Positions 10,583-23,783 of a DNA stretch of 64,000 nucleotides are shown piece by piece. This stretch comes from Spongospora subterranea f. sp. subterranea. Its lineage: Eukaryota. The stretch is taken from positions 124,001 through 188,000 of the forward strand of contig JAUGWO010000102.1 of assembly GCA_049724395.1 (NCBI GenBank). The letters run 5' to 3'. The translations under genes were made by a program, and so were the position numbers. The notes beneath the pieces were generated by a model, which was not told where the DNA came from, searched no databases, and worked only from the letters and a program-made list of their open reading frames with translations. Positions within the stretch are counted from its first letter, which is position 1. Each line of letters begins with the position of its first letter.

Positions 10583-13500
10583 TCACCAGGCAATTTTGGC
10601 GATGAATGATTCCGGGTATTGGCGAACAATATATTTGCGAATCTCGTCCAGCAATAAAACTCCAAAGGCAAGGGGAATGGGTAGGAACCACCATTGTGCT
10701 TCAACGAAACCGAAGACGAAGATGTTTCCGCTCCCTGGGGCCGTTGAAATGTAAACATTGCAGATAGCAATGACGAAATGAGCGACAATGCAGCCCATCA
10801 GAACAATATTACGGTGAGGCCCAAAGAATGGGTTTGACTGAAGAATTGACATGCGCCTGCTGCGAGTAGATAGGACGTTGCCAATCTGCATTACCACCAT
10901 TGTGACGTAGAATATCGACTGACTCACAGCCACCTTCGAATTCAATGCCGACAACGGCAATCCTTTATAGCCTTCCCCCCACTTGTCGAAGACAAACATG
11001 ACATCGAAGAAGCCGAATCCTTGAGTGCGCCAATACAAGAAGAACATGCCAAAACAGCATATGCCAATGGAAAGACCAAGAAATAAATAGGCCTGTAAAA
11101 AGAACCTGTAGTCCACTAAGCGGGTCTTATGGATATTTCCGCGGTCTCTTGAGCATGAGATCAGATTCCGGCTGTTCATACATGAGGGAAATGGACATAG
11201 TCACGTCATGAAGAATGGAAAAAATGACCTGCTGGTATGAGGTCAACGGGATCTGCATCCCGAGGAAAACGTTGGTAATTACGGCCATCATCTCGACAAA
11301 CGTCCCGGTTGGTAGAATGTAAAGTGTCACTTTGCGAAGATTTTCAAACACCAGGCGCCCGTTCTCTATGGCCACCGGGATAGATGCGAAGTCATTGTTT
11401 AACAGAATGATATGTGCGGATTCTTTGGCGACATCGCTTCCTGAACCCATGGCGACCCCAATATCGGCCGTCCGCAACGCTGGAGCGTCATTTACTCCAT
11501 CTCCAGTCACTGCCACAACGCTTTCTCCTCGTAGCTTGATTTCTTGAACTATCAACATCTTCTGTTCGGGAGTGGTTCGTGCGAATGCAATTTCAGTGTA
11601 TTCCGTACAGATCACATCCCAATCTCGAGACTCTAACTCTCTTACTTCGTCGCCAGTGATCACTATCGCTTTCACTGGTTCATCTAAACTCGGCTTCATC
11701 TCGCTGCGCATCAACTGCGATGCTCGTTTATAGGCTATGGCGACGTTGCGAAGCGTAGCAAAGTCATCGACCACCTTGGCAGTGATGATCCCGACTTGGC
11801 GGGCGATCGATTCGGCAGTTAGACGGAAGTCGCCAGTAACCATGAACACCCGAACACCAGCTTTGCGAATTGTGGCGACGGCTTCTGGAACGTCAGCACG
11901 AGCTGGATCACAAATCCCGAAAAGCCCGATAAAACACAGACCATGAAGATGGTCCTCGATGAACTTGGTCATGAGCTCATTATCGGCCAATTGCTGTTCG
12001 GTTAATGGTCGATTGACTATCGTCATGGCAGCTAGAATAACACGCTTTCCAGACCGACTCCACTCTATCTGGGTGTTTTCAATGTAGCTGAGGGAAGTCG
12101 CGATGTTGATCTCAGCACCGTTATCGTCCAGAGCCTTGGTACAATTCTTGATAAGAATATCAGGTGCGCCTTTCACATACATCAATACGCGTCCAGACGA
12201 TAGATCCTTACAGATCGTCACCATCATTTTCGTTTTCGAGTTGAATGGGACAGTAAATATCCGATTAAAACCCCCATTTGCCTGCTCCGGTACCAAGTTT
12301 GTCAACGCCAATTTCATAACGGCAACGTCTGTAGAGTTGCCTCGTATCTCAGGTTCACCAGTTTTACCATCACGTTCATCTACTGAAGCTTCATTACAAA
12401 CGTAGCCGATTTGTATCAGATTTTGAAGCGATTGTGACGACTCCTTAGGCAAAGGACCGTTGCCAGGAAAACTCCTTCCAGCAACCGCGACTTGATCAAC
12501 AAACATCTTTCCTTCAGTTAACGTACCAGTCTTGTCCGAACATAGAACCGACATAGATCCAGCTGCTTCAATTATGGATAGGTTTTTGACCAGAACATGC
12601 CGACCAGCCATGATTCGCGCCACGATGGTTAATGCTAGCGCCACACATACTGGCAAACCTTGCGGAACTAAGGCTGTCAAACAGCCCATCGAGTTTATGA
12701 TGGCGACGTTCAGTGATGCATAATTAGGGTGGGCCCGCCGAGTCCAGAAGGTCCAGTACAGCATCGAGAGGACAAATAGAAGGACGGCGCCAATTGAAAT
12801 CGATATCGTAGCTGTGATGATATCGCGCTGTAGAACCGTCGGTTCATCACGAGGTTTGGACGACATTTGGAAGACGCGTCCAAGGACAGTGTCATCGCCT
12901 GTCGCAAATGCGATCCCCACCCCTGAACCTTGCACAATAAACGTAGACGAGAGCGCCACATTCTTGGTTTCGAATGGATTACGATCGGTGGCTTTAGTCG
13001 TGCCAGGAATAGGATCCGATTCCCCTGTGAGCAGTGACCGGTCGATTCTCAGATCAACCGATGCCTCGAGCAGATATATATCGGCCGGAACCCGTTGCCC
13101 AAGAGATAAGTGGACAATATCGCCACAGTAAACTTGGTCGCTAGGGATTTCGACTTTGACACCATCGCGTGTAACAACTGCCATATCGGTGACCAGAGTT
13201 TTGATAGCTTTCATCACCTGACTTGCGTTGTAGTCAACCACAGCATAGAATATAGTCGAGACAAGGATGACAGCGAGAATCAACACGCCAACACCAAGGT
13301 TAAAGACCTGTGGATCTGGCTCTCCCAACGGTTTATACGATAGAAAGCTCATAACCATCGCTGACCACATCAACGCATTGAATCCTCCGAAAATGTACTG
13401 GGCCCATTTTCTGACCCAGTTCGACTTGGCTGGTGAAAGGCGGTTTGATTTACCGGATTGACTCAAAACCGCAACCGCTTCCTTGCTCAACCCCTTTGAT

Positions 13501-13766
13501 CGATCGGAGGAGAACATACTGAGAACCTCTTGGGGAGGTAATAAATGAACTTGCATATTGCGCATGGCAGCAGCGGGGTCCTTTTCGCCAACTATCATCT
13601 TGACGTTATGGCCCAGGCTGAGCCCATACGTTGCCGATAGGGTCCTGAATGAGGCGATATTGATCTCAGACGGTTCACGAGCCATTTGCCCCTGGTCGGG
13701 TATCGCGCGTTCCGATCCAGACCGCACCACAACATCGTGCATCTCGACCGCTCCCGCTTTCGACAT
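10583..13766 (-). CDS. P-type ATPase, type IIC-like (Na+/K+ or H+/K+ alpha family), intronless, with a frameshift near 11135
   Basis: TGES, PQGL, CSDKTGTLT, KGAP, VTGD, FARTTPEQK, TGDGVND, YEQPESDLM..RPR; the last membrane helices lie in another frame (ORF 10583-11179). Confidence 0.9.
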
Positions 13767-14552
13767 GTTTGGCTGATGCGGAGGTGTCAAAGGCCCCAAT
13801 TCGTGAATGGCGCCGTCACCCTGGATCGTGCTGTACAGAGGTAATGGCACGAGCCACGATGAAAAGATCACCTTTATGTAGTGACACACCTCGTCTTTAG
13901 GATAGTTGAAGATTGTGAGTCTGAACAATTGGTGTTACTCACACTATTACCAAGTCAACCACTGCCATTCTCAGTCGACTGGAGTGGGTTGATTGAGTAT
14001 AGAGTCAGTGGCAGATTCCTTTCCAAATGATGGGACTACGTCTTGATTGTGTTCGCTTTTCAAATGATTGTGTGACGATGGTGTTGGCAAACGTACGCGA
14101 GATCGGTGTCATCTCGAGTTGCGGCAGCAATCAGGGGGGTGACGATTTGATAATACAAAACGGAATTTACTACTACGATTATGAAATCTACACAAAGCAT
14201 CCCCATCACTGAGAATTCCATTCATATATGTCTCTCTTCATGCGTGGTCTGAGTGCTCTATCATCCGTTAATGGCGCGATCAATTGCAATCAGTGCGACA
14301 GATGAAGTCAAAAAAGACGTTGAAACTCATGGTAAATTTCCGGTTTGTTTATATTGGCCGTTTGCATGACTGTTATTTCCAAATATTCTCCTGCAAAGAC
14401 AGCGATGGCGGCAATTAAAAATGTTGCAGACGTTAAAACGTGCGGAGATTACGTCAATCTTTGAAGACAGAGGTGAATTCAGTTGCAGGCTCTTACTTGA
14501 AAGGAATAAACAGATTTTAGTTCGGACGGTACGAACTCAAGCTCGAATCCGC

Positions 14553-15099
14553 TGACGCACAGAACTGGCAACATCATGACTGGAATTGAGATGCCACCGC
14601 ACTCGGGCAACACGAGGGCCCCTCAACAAGCCTCGAACACAGAACTGGAAGACGCGCGCTCACGACTTACAGAAGCCGCCTTCGCACAAAACAACGCCAA
14701 ACAGTTGGCACTAGAAGACCCAGAAAACGTTCCCTTCGACAGCAACTCCAGCAGGCGCAACAAGATCTAGGGAAGGCCTCGATCGACTACGCTCGCGCAG
14801 CAGCAGACACAAAGCCCACGTGTCCTTTTCCGACAACAATAAAGAACTAACGTTTGAATGTACTGATCTGGCATCTACGTGGAAATCACTGGGTTTTCTG
14901 CCAACCGTTTGGCGTTGTTTCCGCGCGAGGGCGGCTTCTGTAAGTCGTGAGCGCGCGTATTTCAGTTCTGTGTTCGAGTCTTGTTGAGGGGGCCCTCGTG
15001 GTGCCCGAGTGCGGTGGCATCTCAATCCCAGTCATAATGTTGTATGCGTTGATGCATTTCATGTCCATGACGGCTTTTGAAGCCAGTTCTGTGAGGTCA
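14553..15099. repeat. Large inverted duplication (foldback) of a gene-like fragment
   Basis: Arms ~14569-14722 and ~14889-15042 are reverse complements; both strands read MTGIEMPPHSG; outer CACAGAACTGGC/GCCAGTTCTGTG match. Confidence 0.88.
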
Positions 15100-15803
15100 T
15101 ATCCAATACACTATTGATTGTTTGCTTACCTGGGCTATCTCAATCACATCACTCGTTCTCTTCGCCTGTCGAGGTCCTTACAATGACAGCTTTTCAGTTT
15201 TTTCTCCTCCTCAACATGACAAAATGGTGTTAGGAACCACCTAAGAAATGGGCAACTTTATTAGCTCCGAGCAAGTGCATGAGCAAATCGTGACCGCCGC
15301 TGGTTGTACCCAATCCATCATCGGAGCCGGTCCCACCGAATCGGCCATCCCTCACGTTGGACAACTTGAGAAATCCACCACGTCAGCACGTGCTGAATCA
15401 ATCATCGCGGACGTCAGATGAAATGTCTACTACCCCTATTTCACCGCTTTCTGATATCGTCTCGTCCATCGTCAATGCTTTATTCGATTTCAAGACGTCC
15501 TTCGAATTGCGATGTGGATCGGATTTCAGCGCGATTGTGGCGTTGGAAAACTCTTCCCTCAAGTACATCCACCCGCATACTGCAACGCGCCATGTAAAAT
15601 GAGGCCACAAAAGGGCACGTAGCCGACAAACCCGTTGAGGGGTTTCGATCACAGTCCTTCATCAGCGACGACCTAACCGTAATCGGCGAGGAATTTTGCT
15701 GCGCGGGATCCCGTCGTCACCTTTCCCGAAAACATCATTTCGCATCCCGTACTGCTACACGTCGCGTGTCCGGTTGGCGATAGTGAAGGCTCACAGATGA
15801 TCC

Positions 15804-15969
15804 AAAAGCCCGTTCGAAACATCTTGTCGGGGATAAGGAGTACGTCCTGGCCGCTTTGAGAAATTCTATCAACCACAGAACCCACTTCTCAAGCCGCATG
15901 TTCGTGCGTGGCCGACATTCATATTACGACGGGATGACGAGACCACAAGAATGTTTCGAACGGGCTTTT
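15804..15969. repeat. Short inverted repeat pair (~24 bp arms)
   Basis: AAAAGCCCGTTCGAAACATCTTGT (15804-15827) vs ACAAGAATGTTTCGAACGGGCTTTT (15945-15969), one indel. Confidence 0.75.
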
Positions 15970-16607
15970 CTAAGATACTCAGTTATGATTTCTCTAGAAT
16001 TGAAAGAGCTGACACGGCTGGGGGAATAGCTGTTGCCATGTCTTGATGCACCGGACGCAAACAGAAATCCGCCGTTGATTTCTCACTAAGATAGCGTGCC
16101 CATCTTGATCAATACCAGCAATCTGCCGGCGGCCATGCGTGGTCCATTGCATCATGTGAAACGCTTCAGTATGGTTAACAAATGTAGGTGAGATCCAACC
16201 GCATCTCTTTCTACGTAATTCCTCGGATTATGCTTCGAAGAATTGAACACCGCAATCTGGACACACCTTTGAAATCTAAAATTGACGATACGACTGTAAA
16301 ATAGAGTTGATCAACGACTGTGCGAGATGATGGTAGGACTTTTAACACAGGGGGTTTTCCACTGGGGGATTACATTCTGGCAACTCAGTCCCCGACGATC
16401 AATTTCCCCATAATGTATTCAACACCGAGAATCGAGCTCTTGCATCTTGCATATCCGGTGGGGAGGAGAGAGGTCAAACAAACAATCCCCAAACAATGCC
16501 GTGTGTATACAGTACATAGCGAACTTTTACAGTACGACAAACCACCTCTGAATCTGGTTTTATTTGGCGCTTTGCCATCTAACAAGATCGGCTGTGAAAA
16601 CCACGGT

Positions 16608-17665
16608 ATGTTGGCCTTAGAGGCTCTTGAACAGTCTCTCTACACAGCGCGATCCATCGAAGGGCATGCACGCTCGTCAGCTTATCACTTATCGGCCACG
16701 TGCGCCCGAATTAATATGCATGGGGCGCGTCCTCATCGCTACAAACTGGTGCCACAGTCCACAACGGAAGCATTATTACGAACAACGGCAACAAAAAGGC
16801 GCGACCACTTACACTATTTGACCTCAGAGGCTAAAACCCATTTAGAGGAGTTAACATTGATGACACAAGACCTGGAAGAACGGTTGGACTATGCCCTTTA
16901 CCAAATTGAAGAGAGATTTGAATCTGTGAGACAAAAAATTGAAGAGAAGTATCTATCATTCAATTTCACATACTTCTCGTAGTGACATTGACTTTCAGAT
17001 ATGCTGGCGAAATTCAAGCTCTACAATTATCCATCGATAAAAGTACAACAGCTATGGAAACTCTGCAAAGTGAAACAGCGATCCATGCGGAGGATATCTC
17101 GGCATCGTCAGAAAATCGTAGTCAAGAAGAGGAAATTGCAACAACTTTATTCCGTATTGACGAACAAGAATCAATTCTTCGCAAGATTCAGGCAGATAAA
17201 GCCCTTAATCATGAACAAGGACATACTATTCTCGAAAGAATATATACTTTGCAGCAGGAATGGGATCTTCAGCAAGAGCAAAATAATGCAAGTGGGGATA
17301 TCGCGATGGCACCCAATACTGATGACATCGTTGTTAAAGAACAGGAAAGCGCGGATATGCAACAGGAATTATCAAATCTGGATCACAAACAAAACTTGCA
17401 ACGCAAAGCTTTGTTATCTGAACTCAGTGCCATCGTTATAGCTTTCGCCTCATCACGTTCTGTTTCGGCGAATGCTGTACGGATATTGGAACACATCATC
17501 TGCAGTGAGAATTTTTCCATCAGCGTTGAAAAACTTGACAGTGTGTTTCCCCAAATTTCAGAATCAACACGGCAAACGGTGGAAACAACTCTAGTTGAAT
17601 TGGAATCTTTGTGCATGGTTCACAGACAAACAAACATGATCTACCTAGGGAATGCCACACAATAA
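16608..17665 (+). CDS. Hypothetical coiled-coil protein
   Basis: ORFs 16320-16982 and 16982-17665 can be joined by a GT-AG intron ~16949-16999; E/Q/L-rich heptads; start codon uncertain. Confidence 0.65.
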
Positions 17666-17769
17666 TCGTGACACGCGCCGCTGGAATAAACTAAAGATAT
17701 ATATTTGATATCAATTCTACTTCGGCATCGATAGTTTGAGTTTTCAAAAAATTTATGAAGTAGCTTTCT

Positions 17770-19632
17770 ATGATAGATGATAGTATCGCTCACAAGCTGT
17801 TGAACCGATCGCCGGCTTTCCTTTTGCGTGACAAAATCCGTTTGTTTGACAGATTTGCAGTCTCGACCGAGACCGTGTCCCCTGCATTGACGTCAAGATG
17901 TGCTCGGGATGACCAATTGCCTGATAATGTAATGTTCCCAGGATGGAAAGAAGTACCCAAACCGCCACTTCCAGCCATTCCTTTACTTGCGGCGCCACTA
18001 AAAACCGATAAACACTTCTGGAAGCCAACATCCCGCAAACCAGTAAGCGTGGATATCAGCACCAGCCAAAATATTAACAAGTACCACGACCATGCTCAAT
18101 CAAGCATGATTGTGTCGGTTCCGATTGTTGCCGATCCATTATGGTCGCCTCGACCAGATCTCAGCAACTCAAACTTGGAAGCGATTGAGGACGATCTTAA
18201 AACGATCATGGAAACGGCGATCATGGCCAATACACATGTGCTCACATCGAAATTCCAAGATGTTTTAAAAACGCAATATAATCAAGTGGAGCATCATCAT
18301 CGAGTCTTGGCTGACCACTACAAAGCACGTGTGACAAAGGCCATGATTGCTGCTCAAACAAAGTTAAACCGCTGCCGAGAAGAGTTGCGTTCATCGAACC
18401 TAAGGATTCAATTTTTAGAAAAAGTTGTCTTTGAACGGGATTCACTCCGAAAGGAAAACGAGGAGCTTCGCACGCAGGTCAGGCGGATTACAAAAACATT
18501 TGAAGAAGAAAAAAATGATCTTGTCGAGAAGGTTAAGTTTCTGAGAAATCTGGCAGCAAGCACTACAAGACCGAGAGCACCAAGTTGCTCGCCTGAGCAT
18601 AAACGAAATTCCATCTTTCCTGCATCTCCTCTCCAGCCAATAACGGTTCAACAACCGGAGCCGGTCAAAGAAGACGTTAAGCCGCTCGTAGACAGGCAAT
18701 TGTACAGTCCTGTCGATAGTTTACAGGACAATACAGCAGCTGATGACACTATCAAGAATCTGATATTAGAACTGGAAGAAAAGCAGGAACAGATTGCAGA
18801 CTTGACAAAAGCACAGAGTCTTATTGAAAAGCGCTCGAGAGCGCTTGCTGAAGAAAATAACCGGTTAAAGCACGACTTATCCCAAGAAGTCATCAAATAT
18901 GAAAACGATAGAGAGAAGTTGATGTCCAGTTCTGCTAAGGCAGTAACTGACGTCAAAGACCTGACTGCTCAGTTAGATATTGCTAAAGGACGAATAGAGT
19001 CATTGAACATCAACGAATTTAGAACATCGACCCTCTTGAAAAAAGCAATGATGGACCTGAAGACAGAAAGATCAGCTAATGAAAACATGGAGCGGGACAT
19101 GAAGCAGATGGTCCAACAGTTAACTGATTCATTACTACGAACTCGGAGAACCATGTGTATTCGGTCATTGCTGTTCCAGGCTCATGTCACACAAATGAGA
19201 AGATCGATCGGAATATGCGACAAAATCGACGAGTATTTGAACGCGCAACTGACATGTAAAGAGTGTTTCAATACGATGAAAAAGCCTCAAGTTCTATATC
19301 CATGCGGGCACTCTGTATGTGAAGGGTGCGTTGATGCCCTTCGCGATAACGAAACAGGGCGCCTAGTTTGCAATGATTGCAATGGAATATGTGAGTCTAT
19401 TACCGTAACAAATTCAGTTGTTGATGCTATTATTTCACAATATAATTGGTGGAAAGTCTCACTGGGGGATATGAGGAAGAAGATTTTGGGCGCTGAAGAT
19501 GCGCTATCAGGATCCGCTATGGGGGATATCAAGTTTGCTCATGCGCTTTCAGAACAAGCTAATGAAGCGAATCCCATGCTGAGGCAATCTTTAGCCAGGT
19601 TGAATGTAAATTCAAGCCGCAATCGAAATTGA
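17770..19632 (+). CDS. Coiled-coil protein with C-terminal RING finger
   Basis: 620-aa intronless ORF; LTCKEC…PCGHSVCEGC…CNDC RING; long heptad regions. Confidence 0.88.
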   Translation: MIDDSIAHKLLNRSPAFLLRDKIRLFDRFAVSTETVSPALTSRCARDDQLPDNVMFPGWKEVPKPPLPAIPLLAAPLKTDKHFWKPTSRKPVSVDISTSQNINKYHDHAQSSMIVSVPIVADPLWSPRPDLSNSNLEAIEDDLKTIMETAIMANTHVLTSKFQDVLKTQYNQVEHHHRVLADHYKARVTKAMIAAQTKLNRCREELRSSNLRIQFLEKVVFERDSLRKENEELRTQVRRITKTFEEEKNDLVEKVKFLRNLAASTTRPRAPSCSPEHKRNSIFPASPLQPITVQQPEPVKEDVKPLVDRQLYSPVDSLQDNTAADDTIKNLILELEEKQEQIADLTKAQSLIEKRSRALAEENNRLKHDLSQEVIKYENDREKLMSSSAKAVTDVKDLTAQLDIAKGRIESLNINEFRTSTLLKKAMMDLKTERSANENMERDMKQMVQQLTDSLLRTRRTMCIRSLLFQAHVTQMRRSIGICDKIDEYLNAQLTCKECFNTMKKPQVLYPCGHSVCEGCVDALRDNETGRLVCNDCNGICESITVTNSVVDAIISQYNWWKVSLGDMRKKILGAEDALSGSAMGDIKFAHALSEQANEANPMLRQSLARLNVNSSRNRN

Positions 19633-19821
19633 TAAAATCCTAGCGTCGGTGAATATCGTTTCTTCCTGCGAAGTTCGTTAGCTTCCTGGAATTTGGGGTA
19701 AAATACGGCACGTTGGACTTGGTTCTTTAACAGATGATTCAACGAAACGGCACGCGTCAATGAAGACATGTCACGATAGACCCTGTACGATCAGTTCATA
19801 CAGGATTTGCAGTGCCACCCG

Positions 19822-21854
19822 ATGAAACAATTCGTCCGTAAAGTCAAAGACAGCGTGCTGCTGTTTGGTGAAGGGGAGCGATTAGTTCGCGATGCCACGT
19901 CGAACGAACCTTGGGGTGCATCTGGCACCCTGATGCACCAGATCGCCGATATGACATGTCAACGAGAGCACTATGAAGAGTGCATGAACATGTTGTGGAA
20001 ACGATTAACTGATGTTACATATCCACGTCATGTACTGAAGGTAACGTGAATGTGACGTTATCAACACTGGGACACACGACTGCACCGCTGTCAGACGAAG
20101 TTACACCATGATCATGTTATGCAATGCATGGACCCATCCAAACCTGTTAATCGTTCGATTGATCATGTTTGGCATGTATAGGCATGCTTGCTGGTAGAGT
20201 TCTTGCTGCGGAATGGGAGCGAGAGATTCGTTCACGATATGAAACAGCGCCGGCGTCGGTTCGAGGCGCTGAGCAAGTTCACTGATTATGTCGAGAACCC
20301 AGAGATAGGTGCCGATGTTCGTGCGAAAACACTAGCGCTGCTGGCGTTGCTTGATGATGACGCAAAGCGAAATGAAGAGCGGATTGTGGCAGCTAGAACA
20401 AAAGCGAACATTATGGGAATAAGTAGCCAATCAATGGCAAAGCACGATACTAACAGCAGACAAAGAGCGCCACGCCAAGATGATTTTGGGAATGCACCAT
20501 TGGATGCTACTTCCACACCGTCATCTAGAAATGGTAACAATATAAGCGTTGACATGGGCTCTACGAAGAAAGGAAAACGGGACAAACAGAAACAGGACGA
20601 TCCCTTTGATAATGAGTTTCGTGACGATCCGTTTTTCGAAAATGCAGAGGAGCCTCAAAAAAACAAAGAGAGGAAGAATGTATCATCAGTGGATTCTGAT
20701 GATAACGGGGTTGAAAAGAAGCTAAAAAAAGGGAAGAAAAAAGAAAAAAAGCTGACAGAAGATATGGCAAATTGGAATCTGGAAGACGGTGATAAACCTC
20801 AAAGCAGTGAGAAGTCAAACAAAAAGAGTGAGAAACAACACAAAGAAAAGGCACTTGAAAAAGTTGATGAAAAAATGGATGCAACGGGAAAAGTTGGCAA
20901 AAAGGAGAGGAAGAAAAAAAAGAATGAGAAAGATACGAAACAACAGATTGATCCACCTAGTGGAGATGAGGATGAAATAGGAGATTTCATCACCGCAGGC
21001 CAACCAAAAGTAGCCGAGATAAAGGGACAAGCACAACCCGATGCATTTGACTTTATGCGTGGACCTCCACAAGTGCAGCAAAACAATGCATTTACTGACC
21101 AAGCTCTACGAGGTCAACAGAAACCGGCCGATACTCTAGATTTCTTCTCTTCGCTGAACAATCAATCTATGACTCCTAGCAACGCCAATCAAGATGAATG
21201 GTTCAGTGATAAAAATTCACGTGTCCAAGCCCCTGATTCCAATCAGTTGGCGTCTTCTTCGTTTGACGACATGGGCCTGTTTGAAAGCGCAACATCAGTA
21301 ACAAATAAATCTACACCGATAAAGATTTCAACGCAATCCGTCGCAAAGCCAAGTCAGCCGCAGGACATCTGGGCCGCACTTACTAATATTGATTCGTTGA
21401 CGAAACCTGAGAAAGACAGGCAACAGCAAACAACTACAGCTAAGCCGTTGGGGACGGGCATGGGCCCAAAATCTTATAGCGCCGACCCCAACGTCTTCCA
21501 ACAGAATCCCTACGCCAATGTTTCGATGGGGATGGGGCAACAACCAATGAACAATTTCTACGGCAACGCATTCAACGGGCCACAACCCAACGCCCAGCTC
21601 GGAGGGATGCAGTACGCTCAACAGGTAAGAAAGGATATGTGCCTGAGGTCCATGAAGTAAACGATTTTGAACAGACACAACAGCCAATGAACTTTCAGGG
21701 TAATATGCAGCAGCAGATTCCCAACCAACAAATGCCCAATGGCGCTTTTCTGTTCCAACAGCCACAGCAAAACTTCTCTAATTCATCGGGATTCGGAAGT
21801 CAGCAACAGCAACCGAATCCGGCAATCGACTTTAACGCATTCGTTTCACGCTAA
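19822..21854 (+). CDS. Epsin-like ENTH domain protein
   Basis: VRDATSNEPWG, MLWKRL, LLVEFLLRNGSE; DPF/DFF-type motifs and Q/M-rich tail; introns ~20041-20181 and ~21624-21673. Confidence 0.9.
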
Positions 21855-21939
21855 TAACCTGGATGCAGCATCTGCTATATATCAATAAATTGTTATATCT
21901 AAAAGAAGAACTAACAAATTCTTGGATGACAATTTTTAA

Positions 21940-22395
21940 TCATTTCTTTTGTGATTTCGCTGCCGATTTATCTTTCTTGACAGGACTCTTTTCCGTTGGA
22001 GTTGCAACAATAGGAGTGGGTAACAGGTCGGCTTTAGACAGTAGATGATTGACAACCGGCGTTGGCTGAGCGCCAACACCTAGCTGTACAAAGTAACCGA
22101 TCAGAAATCGTGCATATCATAGATTCATATCAAAAACAATCATTTCAATCAATAAAGGTTGATAACAACTGTTGGATGACACTTCTAGTCGACAATGGCG
22201 AACTGTTACCCAATATTTGATACGAGTTGTATTGAGCCGTAAATGTTTCGCTCCAAACCGATCTGGGTGAGGGCTCCATGTCCCCAAAATTTCCAAGTGG
22301 CGTCCGTTACGAGGGAATCTGGCATCGGCGGCCACCAGGCGGTAAAATGCATCGGCATGGCGGCCAAATCTGGCCATTCTGATACGGACGACCAT
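21940..22395 (-). CDS. MRPS16: Mitochondrial ribosomal protein bS16m
   Basis: VRIRMARFG…FYRLVAADARFPRNGRHLEILGTW…IKYW|LGVGAQPT; one intron. Confidence 0.9.
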
Positions 22396-22624
22396 GATGC
22401 AGTAACCCAGATGGCAGTCAGGCACCGACAGGGCAAGGAGGAAACACTAAAGTCCGCATCACTCAGGTGTAACAAGTTATTCTGACTCTGCCCGTTTCCG
22501 ACAACTGATTGCTGTCACACTGATTGCTGTCACCAAACACATGCCACGCCCGACCTGTTGGGAGTTTCATGAAATCAATATATACATAACTATGTGCTCG
22601 CACTGATATTCACAATGTATATTT

Positions 22625-23651
22625 AGCGAATTTAATGAAATGGTCTGTTAATATTTGGCTAAAATTCGTTTTGCCGAGCAGGAACTGCAAGCGTTGCTTG
22701 GAAGTCAATGTCTGTCCGAATATCTGTTGCCGCAAATAAGCTCTTTCGTCGTCCGAAACAGGTAAAACTTCGTCGATTTTCAGTTTGATTGCACGATGGC
22801 CATTATCAAGAAATTCAATGTGTGATTTGGTACGAAGGGAATGCTGTTGGTCGAGATATCGCAGAGTCTCAATCAGAACCTAAAGGGACATCAGACCCGC
22901 TGGCACATATAACCGAATAACGGCACATCGCAGAGCCTTACTTCCATATGTGAATCATACCATTGCAAGTAGCTCGAGCCGATCCAGGCTAATACCGATA
23001 CCGCTCGCCAATCCAGACGAGTATTCACAAGTGACATGAGCTGTGTTGAGGCGCACGAAAGTGAGGATTTATCAGGTAATGACAAATAATCAAACACCCT
23101 TAGCATTGGTTAGTGATGGCGTGGCGGATTGTCAACTCAACTTACACATTAAACACTTTCCCGTTGCCTGGATTGCTCAATATTACAGAAAATGGAATCG
23201 TCGCTTGTAATCGTCGAGACGGTTTCATGGTCGCCAGCTTCTGCCTATGAGCATTAAATATTTGTGCCCAATCCGCTATTTCGCCGCGAACGATTCTTGA
23301 CAATTGCGAATGGAAAAACGATTGGGTCTTTCTAAAAAAGAGATATCGAAGTGCTGAATGCAAACGCAGCGTCCCGCGTAAAAAAACAACTTGTTGAACT
23401 TGACGAACCAGATCATTTTGGCTTTTACCTAACCGATAGAAACCATGATCAAAAAGCTGATCGAAGTCTGCGATAGTTTGATCGATCAGAGACAAGGCTC
23501 TGGCAGTCTGATGGGGATCAATGACAACTTTAGACCTTGTTCTATCGATAAACTCGCAATGGTCATCCAATTCTTTTAACGCATCGGTATCTTGCTCATC
23601 AACATTCTTTACTGCGTTTGATGTTGCAGCAATCGAATTGGACGAGCCCAT
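22625..23651 (-). CDS. Hypothetical protein with internal F-box-like motif
   Basis: MGSSNS start (possible myristoylation), helical N-part, VFDYLSLPDKSSLSCASTQL…W F-box-like segment; 3' end approximate. Confidence 0.55.
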
Positions 23652-23783
23652 CAAAATTCAAATTCACAAGATCGAGTAGTACTCTGACGCAAAAGCTTAG
23701 AACAAACAAAAAAATCAGTATTGTGATGATGTTAGAATGTATTCTGAAAATTCATCATAGAGTGGATAATGACAACTGGAAAC

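Noticed and set aside
11332..13776. Numerous plus-strand ORFs opposite the ATPase (and similar antisense ORFs over BiP, epsin and the WD40 gene)
   Set aside because: Shadow ORFs from codon structure of the real gene; no motifs
14538..14560. tRNA T-arm-like GCTCGAATCC
   Set aside because: No cloverleaf, D arm or acceptor stem can be built
22504..22533. 15-bp direct duplication ACTGATTGCTGTCAC x2 upstream of MRPS16
   Set aside because: Real but most simply a slippage duplication; no further evidence of function
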